Shown here: piece after piece, positions 1 to 9,360 of the stretch | Numbering within the stretch: the stretch's first letter is position 1 | Layout of the letters: each line of letters begins with the position of its first letter | Source: Sulfolobales archaeon | GTDB lineage: Archaea; Thermoproteota; Thermoprotei_A; Sulfolobales; AG1 | Reading direction: 5' to 3' | Length of the DNA: 64,000 bases | Assembly: GCA_038867615.1 (NCBI GenBank) | Contig: JAWBYA010000001.1 | Location: 160,001 to 224,000 of the forward strand | The notes under the pieces: model-generated | Seen by the model: only the letters and a program-made list of their open reading frames with translations | Told to the model about the DNA's origin: nothing | Databases searched by the model: none | Program-made: the position numbers and the translations under genes

Positions 1-282
1 CAAGAGCCTTAAAGCTTGAAAAGTATTACCCATAGATCTTGGACCAAGAGCTAGGAAGCTAAATACTCCATGGTCTGAACTGTATCACTGTAATATTGAT
101 ATTATAGTTTTAGAGGCCATTGCCGAGTGATAGTGCCTGCTCCTAGAAAAATATACTCTAGGCTTAGAGATCCTCTGAACAATAGTATTGCAAAAATCGT
201 TTACGAGTAAGAGCATGTCTTGCAGTTCCGAAAATATGATTCCCAATCACGACAATACAATCGTCACTAAACATTGTCTTAA

Positions 283-1395
283 TTATAAGATCCCCTTAGC
301 GATAGTTTTTCTCCTCGCTGTTTCATATGCTTCCCTATCTATTCTTCTCTCGATCATCCATTCTCTTAGGGGTCCTGTTATTACTACTGGTTTTTCTCTC
401 AGCTCGTCTATGCTTCTAGACCCTGTGAGGAAGATCGCTGCTTTTATTCCATGTATAAGGCTTTTCAGGTAGAGTTTTAATTTTCCCGAGTAGTAGGCTT
501 CGAGGGCTGGTTTTGCTATCCCAACCAGATCCGCTCCGAGGGCTAGGGTTTTTGCAGCATCTAGTGATGTTCTTACACCGCCGCTCCCTATTAATGTGGC
601 GTCTGGTGCGGCGTATCTAGCCTCTATGATTGAGGCTGCTGTTGGTATCCCCCATAGTGATAGGTCCTCTGCTATGGCTGCCTTGAGCTCCTCACCCTTC
701 CTAATAGCCCTGTATTTCTCCACTAGAACCCAGTTGGTGCCTCCGTAGCCCGATACATCGAAGATCTTTATACCTATTCTTCTAAGCTCATCCACAGCCT
801 CCATTGATAATCCGCAGCCTGTCTCTTTAATGATCACTGGTTTATCTATTGCTGAGGCTATATGTTCTATCCTCTCCACAACTTTTCTAAACGTCGGCTC
901 ACCCTCGGGCTGGATTACCTCCTGTGCTGCGTTGAGATGTATAGCTATGGCGTCAGCGTCTATCATCTCTATAGCTCTCCTAACCTCGCCAACACCGTAG
1001 CCCTTCACTAGCTGTGGAGCACCGAGATTGGCTATGATAACAGCGTTTGGAGCGACTCTCCTGGCTATTGAGAAAGACTCAACCCTGGAAGGATCCTCTA
1101 GAGCTGCTCTCTGAGAACCTACGCCCATAGCTATGCCAAGCTCCTCTGCAGCCTCTGCTATAGCCTTGTTAACATGGGCAACATCAGCATGACCCCCAGT
1201 CATGCCAGTGATCACTATAGGCGCTTTTAGCTTCTTGCCTAGGAAAGAGACCTCGATCCTCACCTCATCGAAATCTATTTCGGGAACGGCTCTGTGGATC
1301 AGGTGGACATGCTCAAACCACGTAGATCCAGGGCCCTCAACGCTTTCAGTAAGAACGATATCTATATGCTCGAGCTTTCTAGAGGGTGTGCTCAA
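283..1395 (-). CDS. fni: Type 2 isopentenyl-diphosphate delta-isomerase (FMN-dependent)
   Basis: N-terminal RKLEHI, ITGMTGG, MGVGSQR, HLNAAQEVIQPEG, IKETGCG, SGYGGTNW motifs of IDI-2. Confidence 0.96.
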   Translation of the reverse strand: MSTPSRKLEHIDIVLTESVEGPGSTWFEHVHLIHRAVPEIDFDEVRIEVSFLGKKLKAPIVITGMTGGHADVAHVNKAIAEAAEELGIAMGVGSQRAALEDPSRVESFSIARRVAPNAVIIANLGAPQLVKGYGVGEVRRAIEMIDADAIAIHLNAAQEVIQPEGEPTFRKVVERIEHIASAIDKPVIIKETGCGLSMEAVDELRRIGIKIFDVSGYGGTNWVLVEKYRAIRKGEELKAAIAEDLSLWGIPTAASIIEARYAAPDATLIGSGGVRTSLDAAKTLALGADLVGIAKPALEAYYSGKLKLYLKSLIHGIKAAIFLTGSRSIDELREKPVVITGPLREWMIERRIDREAYETARRKTIAKGIL

Positions 1396-2177
1396 TAGAT
1401 TACCACCGTCCCAACATCCTCGTATCCCTTCAAAGCTCTATATATATTTCCCTTCTTTCTACCATTGAATATCAAGGCCCTCACACCCCTCCTCAGAGGC
1501 TCCAAACCCTCCAGGATCTTCTTCCTCATACCCCCGGTGACATCGTATTTAGAGGAGCTATCATCTAGAGACACTATATCGCTTGAAATCCTGAGCTCTT
1601 TGAGAAGCCTAGCCCCCGGTTTCGAGGGATCCATATCAAAAACACCATCCACATTGGTTGCGAAGAGGACTCTTTTGCACCCAAGCTCTAGAGAGAGTCT
1701 CCATGCTATCGTGTCACCGGATAGTATGCTATAACGAGTCTTCCCAGAAACTATGGCGTCCCCGTATAATACCGGGATCAGCTCCCTCTCTAGCATCATT
1801 ACAATCGGTTCGAGGTGATAGCCCAACGAGCCGTCGGATCTCTCATAGAATATAGAGTGGGTTGAGATAGAGACAGCGGGGAGCCCTCTACCCCTAAGCC
1901 TCATAACAAGCTCTCTGTTGAGCTCGCCCATCCACCAAGTCACATCAGAGAATCCCTCTTCATCGATTTCTCCTCTAGAGCTGATGAGGTTCCTAACCAC
2001 ATAGTGCCCATAGCTCCCCCCGCCATGGATTAGGATTATCTTTCTGAGACCCTCTCTATAAGCCTCACCGAGTTCTTGGGCTATAGCTTCTATCGATTCT
2101 CTATCTATTGTTAACGGTCTCTCTTTATCGGTGATCACGGAGCCCCCTATCTTTAGGATCAATGGTTCTCGTTGCAA
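1392..2177 (-). CDS. ipk: Isopentenyl phosphate kinase (amino-acid kinase family)
   Basis: LKIGGSVITDK, IHGGGSYGH, SGD, DVTGGMRKK; overlaps fni as in archaeal mevalonate clusters. Confidence 0.92.
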   Translation of the reverse strand: MQREPLILKIGGSVITDKERPLTIDRESIEAIAQELGEAYREGLRKIILIHGGGSYGHYVVRNLISSRGEIDEEGFSDVTWWMGELNRELVMRLRGRGLPAVSISTHSIFYERSDGSLGYHLEPIVMMLERELIPVLYGDAIVSGKTRYSILSGDTIAWRLSLELGCKRVLFATNVDGVFDMDPSKPGARLLKELRISSDIVSLDDSSSKYDVTGGMRKKILEGLEPLRRGVRALIFNGRKKGNIYRALKGYEDVGTVVIY

Positions 2178-2238
2178 AACCCATCCTAGGAATTTAAGTT
2201 CCGAAGATAATTATTAATTGCGACGAGAGAGGATGAGG

Positions 2239-2622
2239 ATGAGCGCCGAGAAGATCCACGTTAGGTTCTCAACACCACCCGATGTTGCGGAGAAAGTATA
2301 CCAGCTGGTGAGCACAGCAGCTAAAACAGGTAAGATTAAGAAGGGGACTAACGAGACCACAAAGGCTGTTGAGAGAAACCAGGCAAAGCTAGTGGTTATA
2401 GCAGAGGATGTCCAGCCTCCTGAGGTTGTGCTCCACCTACCATTCCTATGCGATGAGAAGAAAGTACCCTATATCTATGTGCCAAGCAAGAAGAGGCTTG
2501 GAGAAGCTGCTGGGATAGCTGTTGCAGCTGCAAGCGTGGCTATACTAGATCCTGGTGAGGCTAAGCAGCTCTACGAAGAGATAGCCAGGGCAGCCAATGA
2601 GCTTAAAACCAAGGGCAAATAG
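2239..2622 (+). CDS. rpl7ae: 50S ribosomal protein L7Ae
   Basis: [31 protein letters not shown]; start trimmed to ATG 2239. Confidence 0.97.
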   Translation: MSAEKIHVRFSTPPDVAEKVYQLVSTAAKTGKIKKGTNETTKAVERNQAKLVVIAEDVQPPEVVLHLPFLCDEKKVPYIYVPSKKRLGEAAGIAVAAASVAILDPGEAKQLYEEIARAANELKTKGK

Positions 2623-2660
2623 TCCTAATATATCTACAAATATCTGCCACAACTCATTAA

Positions 2661-3140
2661 CTATTTTTTCCTCTTCTCCCCGGGTTTTCCACCGGTCTTG
2701 CTACCTACCTGCTGCCTCTTGATCGAGACTCCTTTTGCAAAGATAGCGTACCCGACTGAGAGCCCTATAAGGATCCCTGTGATAACACCGCCCGAAATCC
2801 AGCTCGCGATCTCCGTACTACTAGGAGGCCTCGTTACCGGAGGGAGGGTTATATATGATACTACTGTCACAGTGGTTATGTTGCTTATAACCTCCTCTAC
2901 TAGGGGTTCTGTGGCCTCGGTAGTAGTATCGGTAACGTTGGTTGTTATAGCTGTCGCGTTATTTGCTGTATCATTAGATGCTACACTTGTATTCTGATCC
3001 CCAGCTTGTTGGGCATTGATAGTGAGTGGGGCATTGACATACCAAACCGGGCTTGGTAATAGGGAGAGTACTGCTATAATAAAAACGACTAGTACTACGC
3101 CGAAAGATCTAGTGTTCCTCACCACGATTCCCCATCCCAT
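2661..3140 (-). CDS. Hypothetical membrane protein with Thr/Asn-rich extracellular linker
   Basis: N-terminal hydrophobic segment, several N-x-T/S sequons, C-terminal TM helix and Lys-rich tail. Confidence 0.7.
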   Translation of the reverse strand: MGWGIVVRNTRSFGVVLVVFIIAVLSLLPSPVWYVNAPLTINAQQAGDQNTSVASNDTANNATAITTNVTDTTTEATEPLVEEVISNITTVTVVSYITLPPVTRPPSSTEIASWISGGVITGILIGLSVGYAIFAKGVSIKRQQVGSKTGGKPGEKRKK

Positions 3141-3301
3141 GAGTAAATTTCTTATATGCTTTTAAGCGGTTTCAGTAGTTCCAGGGCGGTTGAAATGATA
3201 GGCATTGTTTTACTATACCGATCGATAAGCTGTGAAGAAGACCCAATCTGCAGCTTTTAGTACTCTCCATGCATCAAAGCCTAGAAACCTTTTAGAACAA
3301 T

Positions 3302-3599
3302 GCCGTAGCTAACTGTTTCAGATTTCATGATGGTTTATAGGGGTTGATATTAAACTCGAGGTTCTGCAGTAATGGAACATAGTATAAGCTCTATGTAGTT
3401 TACAGTAGATCCGGGATGTGGGGGTTTCCCCACAGCAATGAGCCAGAGCAAAGCTATGAAGGGGAGCTGTGGATCGGGGTCACCTCGAACGGGTGGAGGC
3501 CGAGGATATGGGCCCCAATGATAGGGGCCCTGAGGCCTATGAAGCCATGGGAAGAGCGGTTGGTATAAAAATCAACTGCTATGAAGCCCGAACCCCTGG
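3302..3599 (+). mobile_element. Non-autonomous IS607/TnpB-derived mini-element, subfamily A copy 1 (putative omegaRNA cassette)
   Basis: Homologous to 62332-62679: same left end GCCGTAGC...TTTCATGATGGTTTATAGGGGTTGATAT, and 3408-3596 aligns without gaps to 62488-62676; hairpins at 3417-3434 and 3510-3530; family assignment is inference. Confidence 0.7.
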
Positions 3600-4207
3600 A
3601 GTGATAACCTATACCCACCGATATTAAGTTTTATTGTAGGAGGTGTGGTTGTAGTATCAATGATAGCTAGGAGATCGTCGAAAGGATTGATCCTAATGGA
3701 GATCCAGCGGTTAACAATAACCCCGCTGGGTTGGGAGACCCCGTACGAGATGTAGAGAACACCCTCCCTAGCTCTGACCGTGGAGTAGAGGTCCGGGCCT
3801 TCCAGATCCTCGGGCTCTGGATCCTCTGAGAAGAGAAGGGTTAACACGCCTTCTCGCCTAAACAGCATACTGCTCCATGGTTTCTCACCCCTCTCTAGGC
3901 AGTAGATCTCTATACAGTCATGGACAGCGGATCTTCTGCATATGTTGTAGCCGTGTTTCCTCATATTCACGTATACAGCTACATCATCGTAGGATGATGG
4001 GATTACCAACGAGTAGCCGCATTTATCGTAAACCTCTTTGAGCATGTTCTCATATAGTAGGAAGATCTTTGAGAGGGGCCCGACTATGAAGAGGATATCA
4101 GATCTGCAGTTCGTCTCGCTAATAGTCCTCAGGGCCTTCTCACCCCTAGCGATCATGATTCTCACTCCTTGTTTCCTGCATCTGCAACCTCTATGTTCGC
4201 TCTCCAT
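3572..4207 (-). CDS. Hypothetical protein; last codons and stop lie inside the mini-element
   Basis: 211-aa ORF overlapping the upstream DUF447 gene; no recognisable motif. Confidence 0.55.
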   Translation of the reverse strand: MESEHRGCRCRKQGVRIMIARGEKALRTISETNCRSDILFIVGPLSKIFLLYENMLKEVYDKCGYSLVIPSSYDDVAVYVNMRKHGYNICRRSAVHDCIEIYCLERGEKPWSSMLFRREGVLTLLFSEDPEPEDLEGPDLYSTVRAREGVLYISYGVSQPSGVIVNRWISIRINPFDDLLAIIDTTTTPPTIKLNIGGYRLSLQGFGLHSS

Positions 4208-4805
4208 AGCACGGATCCCTCGATATGTTTAGGATAGCTTTTCTAAGCTCCTCCCTCGACGATAATCTCCGGCTGTTCTCAACAAAATACCTATGTTCTA
4301 AGCAATACTTCTCGATAATATTGGAGGGGCCTCTGACTATGAGTGGTATTCTTGTGTCTAGGATCACAGCCTCTAGGAGGAGATTCTCAGACCTGCATAT
4401 CCTCGCAACAAGCCCGGGTTCTTTCGGCTCGACTCTATGGTAGGAGAGCACGTTAATAATATAGTCGTCGAAATCCACATCGTATCTATATATATTTACA
4501 TGGATCTCGGCTATAACGCCGCAAAATCCCCATAATTCTCTATCATGATCGCTTACCACGTGTCCCTCGTATAGGAGTTTATAGAATATCATTGGATCTC
4601 TACATATATAGATCACACCGTTATTCCTACTCTCAAGAAACCTCCCTATAGAGGAGCCTCTATAAACCCTTATAATGAGCTTCCAATCCTCTCTTCTAAG
4701 CCCTAGAGGTGAGCAGTAGCTATAACCACTATTCCCGAGCCTGAGACAGAGTATTGCCTCCACAACTCTGCAGCCCTGCCAGAAGAGATCGCTGTTAAGA
4801 ACCAA
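4191..4805 (-). CDS. DUF447-family protein
   Basis: EAIL...SPLG...RVYRGS and C-terminal RSENLLLEAVILDTR resemble the DUF447 pattern. Confidence 0.6.
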   Translation of the reverse strand: MVLNSDLFWQGCRVVEAILCLRLGNSGYSYCSPLGLRREDWKLIIRVYRGSSIGRFLESRNNGVIYICRDPMIFYKLLYEGHVVSDHDRELWGFCGVIAEIHVNIYRYDVDFDDYIINVLSYHRVEPKEPGLVARICRSENLLLEAVILDTRIPLIVRGPSNIIEKYCLEHRYFVENSRRLSSREELRKAILNISRDPCYGERT

Positions 4806-4867
4806 GGGGCCTCAAGATCTACTAGGAGTGGTGATATTTTAGCACATGGCAATATATTCTTAGGAGT

Positions 4868-5881
4868 ATGTTTTTGGAAGACACATATGTGGAGATGTTC
4901 TCGAGGCAGATCCTTGTTGAGGGTATAGGGATAAGAGGGCAGAGGATACTGAGGGGGTCTAGGGTTGCTGTAGTTGGTGCTGGAGCCATAGGATCCAGCG
5001 TGGCTGAGCTTCTAGCCAGGGTTGGCGTGGGTTTCATAAGGATTATTGATAGAGATATAGTTGATCTATCTAATATTGCTAGATGCCACCTGCTAGACTA
5101 TAGCGATTATGTGGAGAAAAAGCCCAAATCACTAGCGGTTGCTGAGAAGCTCTCCAAGATCAATCCCCACATATCTCTAGACCCAGTGATCGATAATATA
5201 GATTCTAGGAACGTTGTTAAATACCTAGGGGATGTAGATCTAGTGATAGACGGTCTAGATAACATGGAATCCAAGCAGCTTTTAAATGAGGCAGCAGTGA
5301 TGCTGGGAAAACCCTATATCTATGTGGGCATCGAGGGTACATACGGCATGGTGATCCCAGTGATCCCCCGCACTACAGCATGCCTTAGATGTGTGGTGAG
5401 AGATATTATGGAGAGTGATAGAGGCTGCGGAGTTATTGGAACACATATCGTTGCTGTATCAATGGTATCCTCGCTAGCAGTATCTATAGCCATCAAGATC
5501 CTTTTGGGAAGACCTGTGGAGAGCAATATATATTATATAGACTCCTCTAAACCCGAGATCTCTGCTTTAAAGGCTATGAAGAGCCCTACATGCCCGGTAT
5601 GCTCGCTAGGAAAATTCGAACTAGTATCGCTCTCACCTGTTACCACAGGATTGCGGGAGATCTGTGGGACTCCTGGGGCTTATATTGCGGAACCCTCGAT
5701 CACAGAGGCGATAGATCCTAGTGAGTGGCATTACGAGGATCTGGGTTATGTGAAGCTATATAAAAACGACAAGAACTCAATAGAGATCTACGTGTTCAAG
5801 AACCACGCTATAGTGCTTAACAGAGGCGGTAAGGATCTTAAAGAAATATTTAAGACGAACATCGCAGGCAGAGGCGTTTGA
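4868..5881 (+). CDS. ThiF/MoeB/HesA E1-like adenylyltransferase
   Basis: FSRQIL, VVGAGAIGS, IIDRDIVDLSN, DGLDN, CLRC and CPVC Zn pairs. Confidence 0.92.
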   Translation: MFLEDTYVEMFSRQILVEGIGIRGQRILRGSRVAVVGAGAIGSSVAELLARVGVGFIRIIDRDIVDLSNIARCHLLDYSDYVEKKPKSLAVAEKLSKINPHISLDPVIDNIDSRNVVKYLGDVDLVIDGLDNMESKQLLNEAAVMLGKPYIYVGIEGTYGMVIPVIPRTTACLRCVVRDIMESDRGCGVIGTHIVAVSMVSSLAVSIAIKILLGRPVESNIYYIDSSKPEISALKAMKSPTCPVCSLGKFELVSLSPVTTGLREICGTPGAYIAEPSITEAIDPSEWHYEDLGYVKLYKNDKNSIEIYVFKNHAIVLNRGGKDLKEIFKTNIAGRGV

Positions 5882-6134
5882 AAAAGAATAGCTAGTATCT
5901 ACCGCTTGTTGCTAGAGATAATAAGTATCGGAGAGCATTAACTCGGTATGCCGTCTAGGCATGGTGATCCCGCTATTACTGATGGTTCGTGTGTGAGCTT
6001 AGCGGTGTCTCTTATCACTATCCAGGGTTGGTATTGAAAGTGACTTGTAACAAAAATATCAAAGCTTATAAACCCTTCTTGATGTGTATCAAAAAGAAAT
6101 AACCCCATTGGTCTAATATCTAGGGGTATAGTAA

Positions 6135-6935
6135 ATGAATATAGCGGTTTTGGTAAAGCTATCTGTAGACACTTCATATATAAGGCTTGATCAGAGCAAC
6201 AGGGTGCTTTTCAGCGAAATACCTCTTAAGGTGAGCGATATAGATAGAAATGCTGTTGAGGAGGCATTGAGGATCAAGCAACAGGGTCTTGCCAATAAGA
6301 TTAGCTCTTTCTCGGTGCTAACGTGGGGGTCTAGTGATAAGAGGGTTGGCGAGGCTCAGAATTTGTTGAGAGAGGTTCTGGCTATGGGTGTTGATGAGTC
6401 GTATCTCTACGTAGATCCAGGGTTTGTGTATAGCCACCTCTACACAGCAAAGATTCTTGCAAGGATGATCAGAAAAGCCGGTGACTATGGCTTGATCCTA
6501 GCGGGCGAGGCAAGCATAGATGGCTATTCATCCCAGGTTCCCTGCAGAGTTGCTGAAGAGCTCGGTATCGCGTGTGTATCATATGCTAGAAGGATCGAGG
6601 TTAAGGAGGGTAGAGTGATCGTTGAGAGAGATCTTGAGGATTTCGTAGAAGTAGTGGGGGTAAAGCTCCCAGCGGTGGTTTCTGTGACGAGGGAGATAAA
6701 CACACCGAGACTCCCAACACTGCTCCAGATAAGGGCTGCGATGAGGAAGCCTGTGAACATTATAAAGGCGAGCGATATAGGGTTAGATCCTATGAAGAAG
6801 ATCCATGAGTTTGTTGCTGAGGGAGTGAAGATCCAGAGGAAGGGCGTTATCATAGAGGGTAAGACTGTTGATGAAAAGATAGAGAAGCTGTTAGAAGCAC
6901 TTGCGAAAGAGGGTATCACACTCTATAGGGGGTGA
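6135..6935 (+). CDS. etfB: Electron transfer flavoprotein beta subunit
   Basis: DRNAVEEAL, LAMGVDE, LAGEASIDGYSSQV, INTPRLP. Confidence 0.93.
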   Translation: MNIAVLVKLSVDTSYIRLDQSNRVLFSEIPLKVSDIDRNAVEEALRIKQQGLANKISSFSVLTWGSSDKRVGEAQNLLREVLAMGVDESYLYVDPGFVYSHLYTAKILARMIRKAGDYGLILAGEASIDGYSSQVPCRVAEELGIACVSYARRIEVKEGRVIVERDLEDFVEVVGVKLPAVVSVTREINTPRLPTLLQIRAAMRKPVNIIKASDIGLDPMKKIHEFVAEGVKIQRKGVIIEGKTVDEKIEKLLEALAKEGITLYRG

Positions 6936-7867
6936 GGGTGTTGAAGATCCTCTTGGCTGGGAGAATAGCGGAGGTTGCAGAGCTAACAGGGTTTATAGCA
7001 CCGATTTCTAGTACTGCTGATATAAATGCACTGATCTTTGGAAAGCCTGGCGAGGATGAGATCCGCTCGCTAAGCGTCTCTAAAGCAATTGTAGCCGAGA
7101 ACGCTGATCCTAGCTATGCAGACGACGTGGTAGAGGCTCTCAAAACAGTTCTTGGCAAGGAGGTCTATGACTATATAGTGCTTATAGCCACAAGGATCAA
7201 TAAAGAAGCAGGAGCTAGAGTGGCGCAAACCGTAGGGGCGCCTGCTATAACAGAAGCTATAGGAGTGAGGCTAGAGGATGGAAGCCCTGTCTTTATAAGG
7301 AGCGTAATGGCTGGCAAGGCTGTTTCAAAAGAAACGTTATCGAGTCCTGCAGTGATCATGGTGGCGCCTGGGAGGAATAAGCCAGCCGATACTGGGAAGA
7401 GAGTGGGCGAGATCCAGAGGATCAGCATCTCTGGCAAGAGGTCTGTGGAGGTTATCGAGAGAAAGGGTAAAGAGAGAAAAGGGGTAAGGGTTGAGGACGC
7501 TGAGATCATAGTATCTGTTGGGAGGGGTTTTAAATCGAAAGAGGATCTATCTATGGCTTTCAAGCTAGCGGAGCTTATAGGAGCACAGGTTGGGTGTTCC
7601 AGACCAATAGCGGCTGATCTTAAGTGGCTCTCGGAGGAGCACTGGATAGGGTTATCGGGTAAGAAGGTCAGGCCAAAGCTATATATGGCGATAGGTATAT
7701 CGGGGCAGCCGCAGCATCTTGCGGGGATAATGGACTCCAAGATCATTGTGGCTGTTAATAAAGATCCTGGGGCGCCTATATTTAAATACTCCGACTACGG
7801 TGTAGTAGAGGATCTATATGTATTTATACCAAAGCTGATGGAGAAGCTCTCCACGCAACAAAAGTGA
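6932..7867 (+). CDS. etfA: Electron transfer flavoprotein alpha subunit
   Basis: IIVSVGRG, VGCSRP, IGLSGKKVRPKLYMAIGISGQPQHLAG, AVNKDPGAPIF. Confidence 0.95.
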   Translation: MRVLKILLAGRIAEVAELTGFIAPISSTADINALIFGKPGEDEIRSLSVSKAIVAENADPSYADDVVEALKTVLGKEVYDYIVLIATRINKEAGARVAQTVGAPAITEAIGVRLEDGSPVFIRSVMAGKAVSKETLSSPAVIMVAPGRNKPADTGKRVGEIQRISISGKRSVEVIERKGKERKGVRVEDAEIIVSVGRGFKSKEDLSMAFKLAELIGAQVGCSRPIAADLKWLSEEHWIGLSGKKVRPKLYMAIGISGQPQHLAGIMDSKIIVAVNKDPGAPIFKYSDYGVVEDLYVFIPKLMEKLSTQQK

Positions 7868-7905
7868 GTTATTTCTAGATATTTTTTCTATAGCGCGTTT
7901 TTGTT

Positions 7906-8352
7906 CTACATAGTTATTGATGGCGGTGGTGTTCTCCTCTCTCTCCCAACATCCTCAGAGGCTCCTGACCTAGCCATTGTGAGCATTGTCAGAGGATTCA
8001 CTTTACCCTCTCTAAGCATCTTATCAGCATACTCCCTGAACATCGATGTGTGCTTTATATCAAGCTCCAAGAGTGCTTGTAGCATGTTGAACGTAGCATT
8101 CCATACCTCCAGCAGGCTCTGCTTATCCAGGTTGGCTAGTATTAATGGGTCTTGTAGCCATTGATCAAAGGCTTTTATAGTTCTACTCATATGCTGGAAA
8201 GCCGCCCTTGTGGCTAGGATGAGCTCAAGTCTATCGAGCGCGTCTCCTTTCCTCTTTATCTCCTGATCAATGCTCTTGAACAGCTCCGCTGTTCTCTTCT
8301 GCATGTTTACCCATTCGTCTAGGTTGCTTAGGAAGTACTGAGCCATACGCAT
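7906..8352 (-). CDS. DUF2153-family crenarchaeal protein
   Basis: LDEWVNMQK, DRLELILATRAAFQHMSRTIKAFDQWLQDP. Confidence 0.85.
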   Translation of the reverse strand: MRMAQYFLSNLDEWVNMQKRTAELFKSIDQEIKRKGDALDRLELILATRAAFQHMSRTIKAFDQWLQDPLILANLDKQSLLEVWNATFNMLQALLELDIKHTSMFREYADKMLREGKVNPLTMLTMARSGASEDVGRERRTPPPSITM

Positions 8353-8526
8353 CTCCTCCCTCTAGTGAGAATTATCTTAGAAAAGTTATAAGCCATAATG
8401 ATACAATGGATCGTTACTGGATCATTGATACTACACTTGTGAAACAAAAGACCAACGGCGAAACAGATAGTTATAAAATCATCAGCCATTTAGTCTTGTT
8501 ATGTTGTTTATTAGGGGATCCACTCT

Positions 8527-8964
8527 CTATTCAACTATAATATCGGCTATCATTGCGTAGTGCCCTATTCCGCACAGCTCTGCACATACAACAGTGTATT
8601 TACCAGGCTTGTCAACCTTAACCCAGAGGGTGTTTATATAGCCGGGTATGGCGTCTATTTTTAAGCCTAGCTCGGGAACAAAGAATGCATGGGCAACATC
8701 TCTGCTGGTTATATCAAGCCTATAGAGCTTACCCTTCTCCAGATAGAGTGTTGATGACGAGCTTCCATTGGGGTATATGAATCTCCATCCGAATTGGTAG
8801 CTCTCAACCTTTATTACGGTATATGGCTCGCTAACCTGGGTACTCGGTGCCCAGAGTACTTGAAGTCCTTCTATGGATATGATTGCGAGGTATGCTAGTA
8901 TGAGTGATGTGGCCACTATTGTTGCTATCTCGAGAACCTTGAAGATCTTGCTATGCTCGGTCAT
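8527..8964 (-). CDS. Heme-copper oxidase subunit II, C-terminal part (one TM helix plus CuA cupredoxin domain)
   Basis: YQFGWRFIY, SRDVAHAFFVPELGLKIDAIPG, CAELCGIGHYAM CuA ligands; ATG 8964 preceded by GGTGAGGAGG. Confidence 0.9.
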   Translation of the reverse strand: MTEHSKIFKVLEIATIVATSLILAYLAIISIEGLQVLWAPSTQVSEPYTVIKVESYQFGWRFIYPNGSSSSTLYLEKGKLYRLDITSRDVAHAFFVPELGLKIDAIPGYINTLWVKVDKPGKYTVVCAELCGIGHYAMIADIIVE

Positions 8965-8965
8965 G

Positions 8966-9229
8966 CTAGAGCTCAGCCTCCTCACCCCTAGCCCTAAACC
9001 TTATTACGAAAAATATAAGTGTTCCGGCGAATATGCTGAAGACGGTCATAGCTAGTAGGAATGTTATCTGGTGGGCTGCATTGATGATCCTGGTTTGAGG
9101 TGAGAGATCAGGATCTCTAAACAGCCCCCAAGATCCTATATACATGCTTACTACGAATACAAACAAGATAGTCATAACCCATGCTAGGTAGTCCTTCGCG
9201 CTAAGGATCTTTCGCTGTTCCTGCAACAA
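8966..9229 (-). CDS. Small two-TM membrane protein, probable N-terminal part of oxidase subunit II
   Basis: Second helix ends ...LIFFVIRFRAR, like the end of TM1 of subunit II; stop is 1 nt before the CuA ORF start. Confidence 0.65.
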   Translation of the reverse strand: MLQEQRKILSAKDYLAWVMTILFVFVVSMYIGSWGLFRDPDLSPQTRIINAAHQITFLLAMTVFSIFAGTLIFFVIRFRARGEEAEL

Positions 9230-9360
9230 AACCCCTGGTATGATAAGTTCTCCAAAAATATAAAACTATATAATAGGATCGGTAGGGAGGCTCTGGATAC
9301 ACCGTCTTCTTTATCATGTTTCCGGGATCCCGTTAGCTCAGGCTCTCCTTCGCTCTTTGG

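Noticed and set aside
1-282. Gene downstream of fni (e.g. a prenyltransferase)
   Set aside because: Hand translation gave only short frames; cannot be called at the window edge
5961-6010. Possible C/D box sRNA (ATGGTGA...CTGA)
   Set aside because: Imperfect C box and no second D box at the expected distance
6524-7746. Long antisense ORFs opposite etfAB (and similar ones opposite moeA, coxM, radA and the thiolases)
   Set aside because: Shadow frames of well-supported genes with no motifs
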